NCBI GenBank assembly: GCA_963733195.1
Contig: CAVTCR010000020.1
Location: 1-33,236 of the forward strand
DNA: 33,236 nucleotides
Reading direction: 5' to 3'
From: an uncultured delta proteobacterium
GTDB taxonomy: Bacteria > Desulfobacterota > Binatia > Bin18
Shown in pieces: positions 18,927 through 29,502 of the stretch. A model generated the notes under the pieces. The model saw only the letters and a list, made by a program, of their open reading frames with translations, did not search any database and was not told the DNA's origin. The first letter of the stretch is position 1. Every line of letters starts with the position of its first letter. Made by a program: the position numbers and the translations under genes.

Positions 18927-19592
18927 ATGTGCGGACGATTTACACTCACGACCGACCTTGACAATATAGAAGAGCGGTTTTCCTTTCGGATGACCAACCT
19001 GGCGTTTACCCCTCACTATAACATCGCGCCCTCTCAGCCCGTACTTACAGTAATGAACGATGGGAAAGAGAATCGCGCGGGGTTCTTCCGTTGGGGGTTG
19101 ATTCCTTCATGGGCGAAAGAGGAGGCGATTGGTAATCGCATGATTAATGCGCGTGCAGAGACGATTGCTGAGAAACCCAGTTTCAAACGCGCTCTGCAAA
19201 AGCGCCGCTGCTTGGTTATCGCCGATGGTTTCTATGAATGGAAAGCAGAGGGAAAGAAAAAGACGCCGATGTTTATTGCGCTGCGGTCGCGTGCACCGTT
19301 TGGATTTGCAGGGCTATGGGAAACATGGAAGGCACCAAGCGGTGAAGCTATTCATTCGTGTACGATCATTACTACAACACCAAACAAGCTCATGGAATCA
19401 ATTCATAATCGTATGCCGGTAATCTTACCGCGTGAGGTAGAAACGGCATGGCTCGACCACACAGTCGATGATCCGCAAAAGCTGCTGCCATTGCTGGTGC
19501 CGTATCCCGATAAGGAGATGACTGCGTACGAGGTTTCGCTGCTGGTGAATTCACCGCGCAACGACGTGCCAGCATGTATTGAGCCGGTGTAG
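18927..19592 (+). CDS. SRAP / SOS response-associated peptidase (HMCES/YedK family abasic-site protein)
   Basis: MCGRF with catalytic Cys2, YNIAPSQ, WGLIPSW, INARAET, RRCLVIADGFYEW, IHNRMPVIL. Confidence 0.95.
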   Translation: MCGRFTLTTDLDNIEERFSFRMTNLAFTPHYNIAPSQPVLTVMNDGKENRAGFFRWGLIPSWAKEEAIGNRMINARAETIAEKPSFKRALQKRRCLVIADGFYEWKAEGKKKTPMFIALRSRAPFGFAGLWETWKAPSGEAIHSCTIITTTPNKLMESIHNRMPVILPREVETAWLDHTVDDPQKLLPLLVPYPDKEMTAYEVSLLVNSPRNDVPACIEPV

Positions 19593-19633
19593 TAGAATCG
19601 GTGAGCGATCTGACGCCGACGATGAATTAGGAA

Positions 19634-19712
19634 AAGACTTAGGCTATAGGTTTTTGTTCTTCCCTACAGCCTATAGTCTCAAGCCTATAGTCTTGTCCCT
19701 ACTGACTACTGC
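19634..19712. repeat. Heptamer-based inverted repeat between convergent genes (terminator-like)
   Basis: AAGACTTAGGCTATAGG followed by CCTACAG-CCTATAG-TCTCAAG-CCTATAG-TCTT. Confidence 0.6.
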
Positions 19713-20252
19713 TCAATGCTCCCGCGCTCCCGGCTCGAGGTCGACTTGCATTGGTACCAAGAAACGCACGACCATGTTGTAGAAGGCGGTATTAAGCGTC
19801 AGCTCGACAATCTGTTCATTATCGAGGAACTTGCGTAGCGCATCAAACGTTGCGTCCGCTACCTTCACATTCTGTGTTACTTCGGTGGCATAACGAATCA
19901 CCGCTCGTTCTTGCTCGTTGAAGGCAGCATCGGTTTCCCACGCGGCCAAGCGATCAAGTTGCTCTTGACGTACTCCGACGCTTTTCGCTAAGCGTTGGTG
20001 ATGGGTGTACTCGTACTCAGCATTGGTGAGTCTGCCGACCGTCAAAATGGCTAACTCGCGAAACCGACGATCTAAACGAGTACGATTGCGCAGCCCATCG
20101 CTGAAATACAGCATGCGACGCAACAAGAGCGGGCTATGGGCAGCGATACGAAAAATGTTGTTGACGGTCCCGCGTTGCGCTAACAGACCGTCGAAGATGT
20201 CACGATCAGGTTCAGGCAATTGGTCACGATCGAGATAGGGTAAACGAGCCAT
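19713..20252 (-). CDS. Carboxymuconolactone decarboxylase / AhpD-like protein lacking cysteines
   Basis: MARLPY, NIFRIAAHSP, LDRRFRELAILTVG, EYEYTHH, FNEQERAVIRYATE, QIVELTL..AFYNMVVRFL; RBS AAGGAGGT. Confidence 0.88.
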   Translation of the reverse strand: MARLPYLDRDQLPEPDRDIFDGLLAQRGTVNNIFRIAAHSPLLLRRMLYFSDGLRNRTRLDRRFRELAILTVGRLTNAEYEYTHHQRLAKSVGVRQEQLDRLAAWETDAAFNEQERAVIRYATEVTQNVKVADATFDALRKFLDNEQIVELTLNTAFYNMVVRFLVPMQVDLEPGAREH

Positions 20253-20478
20253 AATACCTCCTTATCTGAGAAAATAATGAATGATGAATGCAGAATGATG
20301 AATAAAAGAAAAGAGAGAGAAGATTGTGGTTATTGTTTTGCTCTAGGTGCTTCTTGTCTCAATATACTCCCACTTGAGTATGCTTTGCTGTTGTTCTGTC
20401 TTTAGCATGCCCTTCCCTTCTTGTGGTAAGCTGCATTAAGAATAAAAACGGAGAGTCCGTCAATTCGGAGGAGGAGAC

Positions 20479-21603
20479 ATGCGGATAGGGGGTTTCGAGA
20501 TCGAACCGTTGCTCGTGTTGTTAGTTTTCGTTCCGATTGCGATTGTGCTGGAGTTTATGCACGCTGATCCGGTATGGATCTTTGCTGCGTCATCGATGGC
20601 GATTATTCCATTGGCGGGGTTAATGGGAAAAGCGACCGAACATCTCGCGAAAAAACTCGGCGCAGGAATCGGTGGCTTGCTGAACGCAACGTTTGGCAAC
20701 GCGGCGGAGTTGATCATCGCCCTCATCGCGTTGCAGGCCGGGTTGTATGATGTAGTAAAAGCGTCAATCACCGGTTCGATCATTGGTAACGTGCTGTTGG
20801 TGCTGGGATTGAGCATCGTGGTTGGTGGAATGAAGTTTCAAACCCAGACCTTCAACCGCACTGCTGCCGGTGTCGGAGCGACACTACTCACGCTTAGTGC
20901 GATTGGTTTGGTGGTGCCCGCGATTTTTCATTACATTGTGCGGGGTCATCCTGACGCGCACGAACAAGAGCTCAGCCTTGAGATCGCCATTGTCTTGTTT
21001 GCGACCTACCTGTTCAGTCTGCTTTTTGCTCTACGGACCCACAAGCATCTGTATGCCGGCGATGGACATGGCCATGCGAGCGACGAAGCCCTTGGGACTG
21101 CCGGATGGAGTCGAAGCAAGTCGATAACCGTACTACTAGTGGCAACCACGTTCGTAGCGTTGATGAGTGAATTCCTGGTTGGTGCGGTTGAACACACCGC
21201 ACACACGCTTGGTCTGACGGACGTATTTGTTGGGGTGATTCTTGTTGCAATCATCGGCAACGCCGCCGAGCACAGCACCGCCGTGCTGATGGCCGCCAAG
21301 AATCAAATGGACCTGGCGTTGAACATTGCTATCGGTTCCAGCATACAGATTGCGTTATTTGTTGCTCCGGTGCTCGTATTTGTGAGTTACCTGTTTGGTC
21401 AGCCCATGGATTTAATCTTTACGACATTTGAAGTCCTTGCCATCGCGCTGACGGTCAGTGTGGTGGCGTTAGTGTCGATGGATGGTGAATCGAATTGGAT
21501 GGAAGGCGTGCAGTTACTCGCGGTCTATGTGATTCTGGGGATCGCCTTTTACTTCCTGCCGGAAGCGGCACCGGTAGCAGCACCGCAGGCAGTCGCGCAT
21601 TAG
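20479..21603 (+). CDS. cax: Ca2+/H+ antiporter (CaCA/CAX family)
   Basis: Two alpha repeats [13 protein letters not shown] and IIGNAAEH; [12 protein letters not shown]; [12 protein letters not shown]; DGESNWMEG; RBS GGAGGAGGAG. Confidence 0.95.
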   Translation: MRIGGFEIEPLLVLLVFVPIAIVLEFMHADPVWIFAASSMAIIPLAGLMGKATEHLAKKLGAGIGGLLNATFGNAAELIIALIALQAGLYDVVKASITGSIIGNVLLVLGLSIVVGGMKFQTQTFNRTAAGVGATLLTLSAIGLVVPAIFHYIVRGHPDAHEQELSLEIAIVLFATYLFSLLFALRTHKHLYAGDGHGHASDEALGTAGWSRSKSITVLLVATTFVALMSEFLVGAVEHTAHTLGLTDVFVGVILVAIIGNAAEHSTAVLMAAKNQMDLALNIAIGSSIQIALFVAPVLVFVSYLFGQPMDLIFTTFEVLAIALTVSVVALVSMDGESNWMEGVQLLAVYVILGIAFYFLPEAAPVAAPQAVAH

Positions 21604-21713
21604 CATACAAATAAGAAAACCTTTTATTGAACAACTACCTAAATATGGCCCTTGACGGTCAGGGCTGTTCTTCTTAAGACAACACTTAGAGGTTGTCTGC
21701 ACGCAAATTGGGC

Positions 21714-23630
21714 ATGGCGCAACAGGAACAAAGCGCTCACGCGGCTGGCAGTGATGAGCCAAGTGAGCCAATAGGCGAGCAGCCAGTACGGCGGCGCGCC
21801 CAGGAAACCAACTCCCACCAACTGTCGCCTTTATTGGTCTGGGCGGTGGTCTTCTGTGACATTGGCACTTCGGTCTATTACGTCCCTGGGATTCTCTACG
21901 CGCATGTCGGCTCCCTTGCCCCGCTCTTTGTCATCATGACTACTGTTGGATTTCTCCTCCTGAGCGCGAAATACGTGGAGATCTCGTGGCGTAATCCTGA
22001 AGGCGGGGGGGTCGTAACTGTTGCGACTAAAGCCTTCAATCCACGCTGGGGATGTCTCGGCGGAATGCTCATTACCGTGGATTATTTCCTGACCTCAGCG
22101 ATCTCTGCCGTTTCCGGCATGCAATACTTAGGTAGCCTATTTCCCTTTGTAGACGCTCATATCATCCTGCTCTCCATTAGTACGCTTTTGCTTCTTGCGA
22201 TTGTCAACATTATTGGCATTCGTGAAAGTGCGGTTTTGTCGCTCTTCATGGCCTGTGCCGCCTTAGTAGTGGATCTTGTGGTCATCGTTGTGACGCTCGC
22301 CTTTATTGGCCCACCAGAGTGGAGTACAATTCTCCGTCACCTTCAGCCTGAACATCCTCTGCCGCTTTCGGTGATCCTTGTTGGGTTTGGTAGTGCGTGG
22401 CTCGCCTTTTCTGGGCTCGAAAGCATCAGTCAATTGAGTCCTGCCATGCGGACGCCTACGAAATCCACGGCGCGCAACGGCATGTTGCTGGTCGTGGTCT
22501 CGATCCTTTTTACGTCACCGCTCCTGACGCTCTTTTCGGTGGCGTTGCTTCCGGATGCCTTGAAGCTGCATGAGACCGAGCGTTTCATCTCTGAACTTGG
22601 GGCACTGTGGGGAGGGGTATCGGTCAAAGTACTAGTGGTGAGCACGGCATCCGTGCTGCTCCTGTTCGCCGCGAACACTGCCATCATCGGTGGGTATCAC
22701 GTCTTTCTCGCTCTGGCGGCACGGGGGTTTCTGCCGACAGTCGTGACATTCCGGAATCGACGTTTTGGCACGCCCCATATCGCCGTCGCCATAGCGACGG
22801 TCGTTCCGATGATTGTTATTGCATTCACTAAGGGAAAACTCACGATCCTAGGCGATATGTATGCCTTCGGATTGCTTGGCGCCTTTGTCCTTAGCTCAGC
22901 GGGCCTGGATGTCGTTCGCTGGCGTCAACATCAACGTGGAGTTGGGTTTTGGGTCGGAGTAGCGACGACTATCATGGTGGTGGTGGCGTGGTCGGTGAAC
23001 CTGGTAACGAAACAATTAGCGACGTTCTTTGGGGGCGGCCTTGTCACTCTTGGTATGGCCATTGCCGTTGCCACGCAACAAGGGCGGTTTGGTGATGTTT
23101 TCTACCGTATTCCGTCCATTGCGCGGATGGCGCAGAGAAAGATTTCCGAAGCTGAACGAGAAATGGCGGATATTCCCAATCTGATCAGCTTGAGTGAAGC
23201 CTCAGAGATTGTTGCGCTCTATCCGTCGCGGACGTTGATTGCCGTGCGTGGCCGGAATCTGCGGTTGATCGATGAAGCCATTGCGCGCGAAAGAGGGTGG
23301 GGTGGCAACGCGGTCTATGCAATCTACGTCGAGGAACGCGCCGGGTTATTTGTTGGTGGAGAAGAGCGAGAACCAGGCGAAGAGGGAATCGAGTCGTTAC
23401 GCTTTGCTGTCAAAGCCGCGCAAAGACAAGGGTTTGAACTGATTCCAGTATGGACTGTATCGTACAACGCGGCTGAAGCGATTGCGCGGGCAGCGGAGGT
23501 ACTAGAAGTTGACACCGTTGTTATGGGTGTCAGCCGCCGCAGCGCGATTTATCATTTGCTTCGTGGTCACGTCGTCAACGGCCTGACGCGACGTTTACCA
23601 GCTAGTTGTCACTTGTTGTTGTATAACTGA
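21714..23630 (+). CDS. APC-superfamily transporter (Kup/KimA-like K+/H+ symporter motifs) fused to a C-terminal USP-like domain
   Basis: About 12 TM segments; CDIGTSVYY, NPEGGG, TVDYFLTSAIS, FSGLESISQ, AANTAI, YAFG; soluble tail AEAIARAAEVLEVDTVVMGVSRRS...LLRGHV typical of USP. Confidence 0.85.
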   Translation: MAQQEQSAHAAGSDEPSEPIGEQPVRRRAQETNSHQLSPLLVWAVVFCDIGTSVYYVPGILYAHVGSLAPLFVIMTTVGFLLLSAKYVEISWRNPEGGGVVTVATKAFNPRWGCLGGMLITVDYFLTSAISAVSGMQYLGSLFPFVDAHIILLSISTLLLLAIVNIIGIRESAVLSLFMACAALVVDLVVIVVTLAFIGPPEWSTILRHLQPEHPLPLSVILVGFGSAWLAFSGLESISQLSPAMRTPTKSTARNGMLLVVVSILFTSPLLTLFSVALLPDALKLHETERFISELGALWGGVSVKVLVVSTASVLLLFAANTAIIGGYHVFLALAARGFLPTVVTFRNRRFGTPHIAVAIATVVPMIVIAFTKGKLTILGDMYAFGLLGAFVLSSAGLDVVRWRQHQRGVGFWVGVATTIMVVVAWSVNLVTKQLATFFGGGLVTLGMAIAVATQQGRFGDVFYRIPSIARMAQRKISEAEREMADIPNLISLSEASEIVALYPSRTLIAVRGRNLRLIDEAIARERGWGGNAVYAIYVEERAGLFVGGEEREPGEEGIESLRFAVKAAQRQGFELIPVWTVSYNAAEAIARAAEVLEVDTVVMGVSRRSAIYHLLRGHVVNGLTRRLPASCHLLLYN

Positions 23631-23811
23631 GAAGCGTGGGGCGTAAAATGTAAGGAAGAGTAACAATTTTCGATTACATTTTATGTTTTATTCTTTGTTT
23701 TCTATTTTTCATTCTTAACTATTCATTCTTCATTTTTCCCTGTTTTTGTTTCTCCCGAATTGCTCGCACACGGGCTTCTAGTTTTTCTGCTTTGGCCTTA
23801 CGATAAGTACT

Positions 23812-23832
23812 GTAGGGCGGGCGGAGCCCGCC
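23812..23832 (+). repeat. GTAG-type REP hairpin
   Basis: GTAG-GGCGGGC-GGA-GCCCGCC, immediately past the stop of the convergent SnoaL gene. Confidence 0.7.
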
Positions 23833-23839
23833 ACCGGTA

Positions 23840-24241
23840 TTAGCTAAACAGCACTTCCTTGGCGTACAAGGTGTCGACGTACTCTCGTACTGTCTGGACC
23901 TTGCCGTTTTTCACTTCGAACATGACGTTGTAATAGTTTTCATACGGTTTGCCCTTGGCACTTTTGCCGCGGGCGATCCACTCGACAGTAACGAAGTCAC
24001 CTTCAGCGACGGTATTGCGTACTTGGATGGAGAGCGAATTGGGTTGAAAAAACGGCGCTGCCTTCTTGATAAATCCTTCAAAAATGCCTTTTTTCCCTTG
24101 GTGTGTGCCAGATACTGGCAGTGATCCCGGTAGCCACCACGTTGCATCGTCAGCCAGTGTGGTGTTGAGCACGTCAACGTTTCCGCTGGCGAGTGCTTCG
24201 ATAAATCCCAATACAACTTTCTTGTTTTCTGCGATTCCCAT
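23840..24241 (-). CDS. SnoaL-like / NTF2 family protein
   Basis: ENKKVVLGF, LADDATWWLPG, VAEGDFVTVE, GKPYENYY, GKVQTVREYVDT; RBS AGGAGG. Confidence 0.9.
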   Translation of the reverse strand: MGIAENKKVVLGFIEALASGNVDVLNTTLADDATWWLPGSLPVSGTHQGKKGIFEGFIKKAAPFFQPNSLSIQVRNTVAEGDFVTVEWIARGKSAKGKPYENYYNVMFEVKNGKVQTVREYVDTLYAKEVLFS

Positions 24242-24285
24242 AACGTTCCTCCTTTGGATTTCTAGAGTCGAGACTGATCTGTGAC

Positions 24286-25472
24286 TTAGATTACTCCCTG
24301 CTCCTTCAACGAGGCAATCTCTTTCGCTGAGAGACCGAGCAGTTTGCCGTAAATAAGGTCGTTGTGTTCACCAAGAGTGGGGCTCGGGGAGTCGATGGTT
24401 GGCTCCTCGTCGTTGAGTCGGATCGGTGAGGCCAGGACGGTGACCTTACCAGCCGCTGGATGCTCGATGTCCTGGAACGTACCACGTTCGCGCAGGTGCG
24501 GGTCATTGAGCACTTCAGGAATTTCTTTGACAATCCCACACGTGACATCAGCAGCGGCGAGCTTGCTCCATCACTTCTTGTTTTGTGTACTGGGATGTCC
24601 AACTGCTAACAATCTCATCCATTTCGTCGAAGCGTTTGGCGCGGGCGGCATTGGTGGCATAACGTGGATCACCGATCAGCTCTTCTCGCTTCATGACTTT
24701 ACACAGGGCTTGCCATTTGTCGTCATTGGCGACGAGGAGCAGTACGTAACCGTCTTTGGTTTTGTAGCTGTTGTACGGCGAGAACAATCGCCCTGGCGCG
24801 GTGTTGCCAAAACGACCGTTCAGACCCCTCGTCATATAGCCGGACATCTGCGTGATCAGCGGACCAAGCGACGCCTCAAACAAATTGGTCTCAACGATCG
24901 TTCCTTCACCGGTGCGGTCACGTTGATGCAATGCCGCGAGAATACCGGCACAAAGATGCGTCCCGCCATGATATCGAAAATCGGTGGTCCAGCTTTCACC
25001 GGTGGATTCTCGGGAAACCCGGTGAATTCATCAGCCCCGACATCGCCTGAACGATGGGATCAAAGGCGGGATAGCTGCTGTACGGTCCGGAGCGACCAAA
25101 GCCACTCCCACAGGCATAGATCAATCCGCGATTCAGTTTTCGCAATTCTTCGTAGCCGAGTCCGAGTTTATCCATCACGCCGGCGGCGAAGTTCTCGACG
25201 ACAACATCAGACTGTGAGGCTAATTCCTTAAGCAGTTCTCGACCGCGTTCGGTTTTGAGGTTCAGGGTAATCCCTTTCTTGTTCGAGTTGAGCATGATGA
25301 AGGCATAACTTTCATCTTTGTGGGGAATTTTGAAGATGGTCCGTGCCATTTCTCCACGTGTCGGTTCGACTTTGATAATCTCCGCACCCAAGAAGCCCAA
25401 TAAGAGCGTTGCGTATGGGCCATTGTAGACGTGAGTAAGATCGAGAATACGGACGTCATCTAATGCGCGCAT
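24286..25472 (-). CDS. Family III CoA-transferase (CaiB/BaiF/Frc), frameshifted
   Basis: ALDDVRILDLT, GPYAT, LGAEIIKVE, NSNKKGITLNLK, DVVVENF, GFGRSGPY, HQRDRTGEG, YKTKDG, DPRYATN, NDPHLRERG, PTLGEHN spread over three ORF fragments. Confidence 0.9.
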
Positions 25473-25621
25473 GTTCCCTCCGGCGATCAAGTTACGGGTG
25501 ACAGGGTACAGGTTGTATGGATAAAATTGAAGGGTCTCTGTTGTTCTTTGTGCCCTGTTTCTTCATCGGTTCCAGGTTTGCTAGTTTTCCGTTCGCTGGT
25601 GAGACAATAAAGGGGGTGCGT

Positions 25622-27087
25622 ATGCTCGATCTTGTCATTCGTGGGGGAAAAGTTGTGACTCCCTATGCCGTGGGAGAAATGGATATCGGTATTCAAGGCG
25701 AGAAAATCGCTGCTCTCGGTCAGCCAGGGACGCTAGCCACTGACGCCAATCGTGTGATCGACGCCCAAGGGAAAGTTGTCATTCCCGGTGGGATCGAGCC
25801 CCATGCGCATATTGGTGTCCCGGTGCCTCCTGCATGGACCGGTCAAGCCGATGTAATGACCCAACCCCCTGAAGCTGCCAGTCGTGCTGCTGCGTTTGGT
25901 GGGGTAACCACGTTTATTGATTTCACGGGTGACCTGAGCCGCAAAGCCTGTTGGGCCAGAGTCGGCGTCCGATGCTCGAAACCATTGAACGGCGACGTGA
26001 AGTATTTCGCACTCATAGTTATATTGATTATACGTTCCACTATATCGTGGCCGGACAGGTTCGGCCCGAAGTGATCGGAGAAGTGCGTGAAGCAATTGAA
26101 GAGGGAGTCGGCAGCTTCAAGATTTTTACGGTCAACAATCCGGTGCGGACTTCATCTGACCAACCCTCAGTACGCATTCCCAACGGTCACTTGTGGGGCT
26201 TGTTTGCTGAAGTCGCTAAACACGGTGGCATGATGGCAGTGCATGCGGAAGACGATGACGTTGTTTCCTACATGACCGAGAAACTGCAACGCGAAGGGCA
26301 GGACCAAGGACATAACATCCACCTTGTTCACAACAACCTCTCCGAGGACCTAGCGTTTCGTAATATCATTCGTCTAGCGCAGCATACCGGCGTTGGTATC
26401 TACTTCGTGCATGTTACCGCCAAAGAGGGAGTGAAGGCGATTGCCGAAGCGCGCAACGCTGGACTGCCAGTGTATGGAGAAGCGCTACACCATTATCTGC
26501 AGTTCACGTGTGATGACTACAAAAAACCTGGCGGTACAGCGATTCATACCTACCCAGCAATCAAATTTGCTGACGATCGTGACGCGCTCATTGCCGGGAT
26601 GCTTGATGGTCATTTGGCAACGACAGCGACGGACGAATATACAACCTATAAAGGACCAAAGCTGTGGGGCGATCGCATTGCTACTATCTGTGGCGGCCAC
26701 AATGGGATTGAAACGCGTATTCCGGTAGCCTTCACCAAGCTTGTGGTTGAGCGTGGCATGTCGTTGCAACGCTTTGCTGATGTCACCTCGACCAACGCAG
26801 CCAAGCTATTAGGACTCTATCCACAGAAAGGGACAATCCAACCAGGGAGTGATGCGGATTTGTGTCTCATTGATCCGAATCTGAAGAAGACCATATCGCT
26901 CAGTGATCTTCATGCTGACTCGGATTACAGCATCTGGGAGGGATTTCAGTGCCAGGGATACCCAATCATGACAATCCTGCGGGGAAAAGTGATTGTCGAG
27001 AATGGCAAGTTGGTTGGTAGTTCAACAGATGGTCGTTGGCTCAGACGACATGTGGCGAATGAGGTTCTTGCGAAGCCTGCAGTATGA
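25622..27087 (+). CDS. Dihydropyrimidinase/hydantoinase-like cyclic amidohydrolase, paralog 1 (frameshift near 25945)
   Basis: MLDLVIRGG, PGGIEPHAH, AAAFGGVTT, SFKIF, VHAED, FVHVT, ATDEY, KGTIQPGSDAD, TILRGKV. Confidence 0.88.
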
Positions 27088-27174
27088 AAACGTGATACGT
27101 AAAACGTAACCCCTCTCTTCCTCTTTACGTTTTACCTAATTTAGGTTTGTGAATTTCCGCAAAGGAGGTACTCC

Positions 27175-28614
27175 ATGCTCGATCTTATTATTAAAGGTGG
27201 ACAGGTTGTGACTCCTCACGCCGTGGAGGAAATGGACGTCGGCATTCAAGGGGAAAAGATTGTCGCTGTTGGTCATCCTGGTACGTTGGCGACTGGTGCT
27301 GGTCGAGAAATTGATGCCAAGGGAAAAATCGTTATTCCCGGCGGTATTGAGCCGCACGCACATATCGGTATTCCGGTACCAGAACAATGGGCAGGGATTC
27401 CCGACGTGATGACACAACCGCCAGAGGCGGCGAGCCGTGCGGCGGCGTTTGGTGGCGTGACGACGATTATCGACTTTGCCGGTGATCTGAGTTTTAACCC
27501 TGATGGCAGCATTCTCTCTACGACAATCTTGCACGACATCGAGCAGCGGCGCTCCGCTTTTCACACCCACAGTTACACTGATTACGCTTTTCATTACATT
27601 CTCGCCGGTGACGTGACGCCCAAAACCGTCGGTGAGATCGGTGAGGCACTTCAAGAGGGAGTGGGAAGCTTCAAAATCTTCACCACGTTCCATCCGATCC
27701 GTGTGCCGTATGGCCCACTGTGGAGCATCTTTGAAGAAGTGGCGAAACACGGTGGCATCATGGCCGTACATGCGGAAGAGGATGAGATTGTCCGCTACAT
27801 GACTGAGAAACTCAAACGTGAAGGACGCGCGCAAGGACATAATCTTCATCTTGTTCACAACAACCTCTCCGAAGATCTGGCATTTCGCCATATTATTCGT
27901 TTAGCCAAACACACCGGCGTGGGCATTTACTTTGTTCATGTCACAGCAAAAGAAGGGGTGGCTGCGATTGCCGAGGCACGGAACGAAGGTCAACCGGTGT
28001 ATGGTGAGGCACTACATAATTACTTGCAATTCACTTGTGAGGACTACAAGAAACCTGGTGGTACGGCAATTCATACCTATCCTGCGATCAAGTTTCCAGA
28101 AGACCGTGAGGCGTTGACTAGAGGGCTCATGGACGGACGCTTGGCGACGACTGCCACTGATGAGTATACTACCTACCGCAAGCCGAAGCTGTGGGGAGAT
28201 ACGATTGAGACAGTATGCGGTGGGCATAATGGTATCGAGACGCGGATGCCTGTTGCTTACACCAAATTTGTTGCTGAGCGTGGCGTGTCGCTGCAACGAT
28301 TTGTTGACATCACCTCGGCAAATGCAGCGAGAATTCTCGGCATGTATCCGCAGAAAGGCGCGATCCAGCCTGGAAGTGATGCTGACATCGTGCTGCTCGA
28401 CCCAAATTTGAAAAAGAGCATCTCGGTTAGTGATCTCCATGCTGACTCGGACTACAGCATCTGGGAAGGGTTTCAAACCGCAGGGTATCCAATCATGACG
28501 ATCTTACGTGGGAAGGTGATTGTTGAGAATGGTAAGCTCGTCGGTAGGTCAACCGATGGCCGTTGGCTCAAACGGCGAGTATCGAGCGAGGTGGTTTCGC
28601 GACCGACAGTCTAA
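27175..28614 (+). CDS. Dihydropyrimidinase/hydantoinase-like cyclic amidohydrolase, paralog 2
   Basis: Intact 479 aa with the same motifs as paralog 1; RBS AGGAGGT. Confidence 0.9.
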   Translation: MLDLIIKGGQVVTPHAVEEMDVGIQGEKIVAVGHPGTLATGAGREIDAKGKIVIPGGIEPHAHIGIPVPEQWAGIPDVMTQPPEAASRAAAFGGVTTIIDFAGDLSFNPDGSILSTTILHDIEQRRSAFHTHSYTDYAFHYILAGDVTPKTVGEIGEALQEGVGSFKIFTTFHPIRVPYGPLWSIFEEVAKHGGIMAVHAEEDEIVRYMTEKLKREGRAQGHNLHLVHNNLSEDLAFRHIIRLAKHTGVGIYFVHVTAKEGVAAIAEARNEGQPVYGEALHNYLQFTCEDYKKPGGTAIHTYPAIKFPEDREALTRGLMDGRLATTATDEYTTYRKPKLWGDTIETVCGGHNGIETRMPVAYTKFVAERGVSLQRFVDITSANAARILGMYPQKGAIQPGSDADIVLLDPNLKKSISVSDLHADSDYSIWEGFQTAGYPIMTILRGKVIVENGKLVGRSTDGRWLKRRVSSEVVSRPTV

Positions 28615-28649
28615 TCGTTTTCACGTAACATGTAACACGGACACGTATT

Positions 28650-29425
28650 ATGTCGCAGTGGGACCCTCAACAGTACCAACGCTTCAGCGACGAACGTTCA
28701 CGTCCGTTCTTTGATCTTGTCAATCGAGTGCCGGATGATGACGTTCATGCTGTCGCCGATCTAGGCTGTGGGCCTGGAAATCTGACAGAGACACTTGTCG
28801 CGCGCTGGCCGGAGGCGCAAATCTGGGGTGTGGATAATTCGTCGGAAATGTTGACTGCCGCTGCGAAGCTGCCTCCACACCCTCACTTGCAGTTCGTCAC
28901 GGGCGATATTTTTGACTGGCAGCCTGAACGGCCACTCGACCGACTCATCTCCAATGCTGCATTGCAATGGGTACCTGACCATCCAACGTTGATTCCCAGA
29001 CTCATCAGTTTGCTTGCACCGCATGGGGTGCTTGCAGTGCAGATGCCCTACAATTTCGATGAACCGACGCATACGTTACTCGAAGAAATGCTTACTCAAG
29101 AACCATGGGTGAGCATTCTCGGCCCACGTCAACGCCAATACTTTGTACAGACCCCAGCCTGGTACGCAGATACGTTGCACGCGCTAGGGACAACCGTGGA
29201 TCTGTGGGAAACGATTTATTATCACGTCCTCAATGGGTCAGATGCAGTGCTGGAGTGGGTGAAAGGGACGGCATTGCGTCCGACCCTCAGCAAATTGAAC
29301 GCCGCCACAGCAGCAGGAATTTCTCACCGTCTATGGAGAGAAATTGCGCGCCGTCATATCCCGCTGGACCATACGGAACACTCTTCCCCTTCAAGCGGTT
29401 GTTCTTTGTCGCGCGGCGACGCTAA
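28650..29425 (+). CDS. tam: Trans-aconitate 2-methyltransferase (frameshifted C-terminus)
   Basis: WDPQQYQRFSDERSRPFFDL, DLGCGPGN, SNAALQWVPDH, LAVQMP, EWVKGTALRP; tail YPAGPYGTLFPFKRLFFVARRR* in another frame. Confidence 0.88.
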
Positions 29426-29502
29426 GAGCAAAAGTTTATTGCTCTAACACAGGCTATGATAAATCTTGATCTGTGTATTCTAAACTCAACAGGTGCTGGT
29501 TG

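Noticed and set aside
20360-20385. yybP-ykoY (Mn2+) riboswitch before cax
   Set aside because: Only a short ATACTC/GAGTAT dyad; the conserved flanking motifs and junction architecture are not visible.
24362-25231. 289-aa + strand ORF and similar antisense ORFs (e.g. 11686..12372, 10804..11415, 27136..27891)
   Set aside because: Shadows of well-supported genes on the opposite strand.
10360-29425. Programmed ribosomal frameshifting in the split genes
   Set aside because: No consistent slippery sites; shifts occur in both directions and several times per gene.
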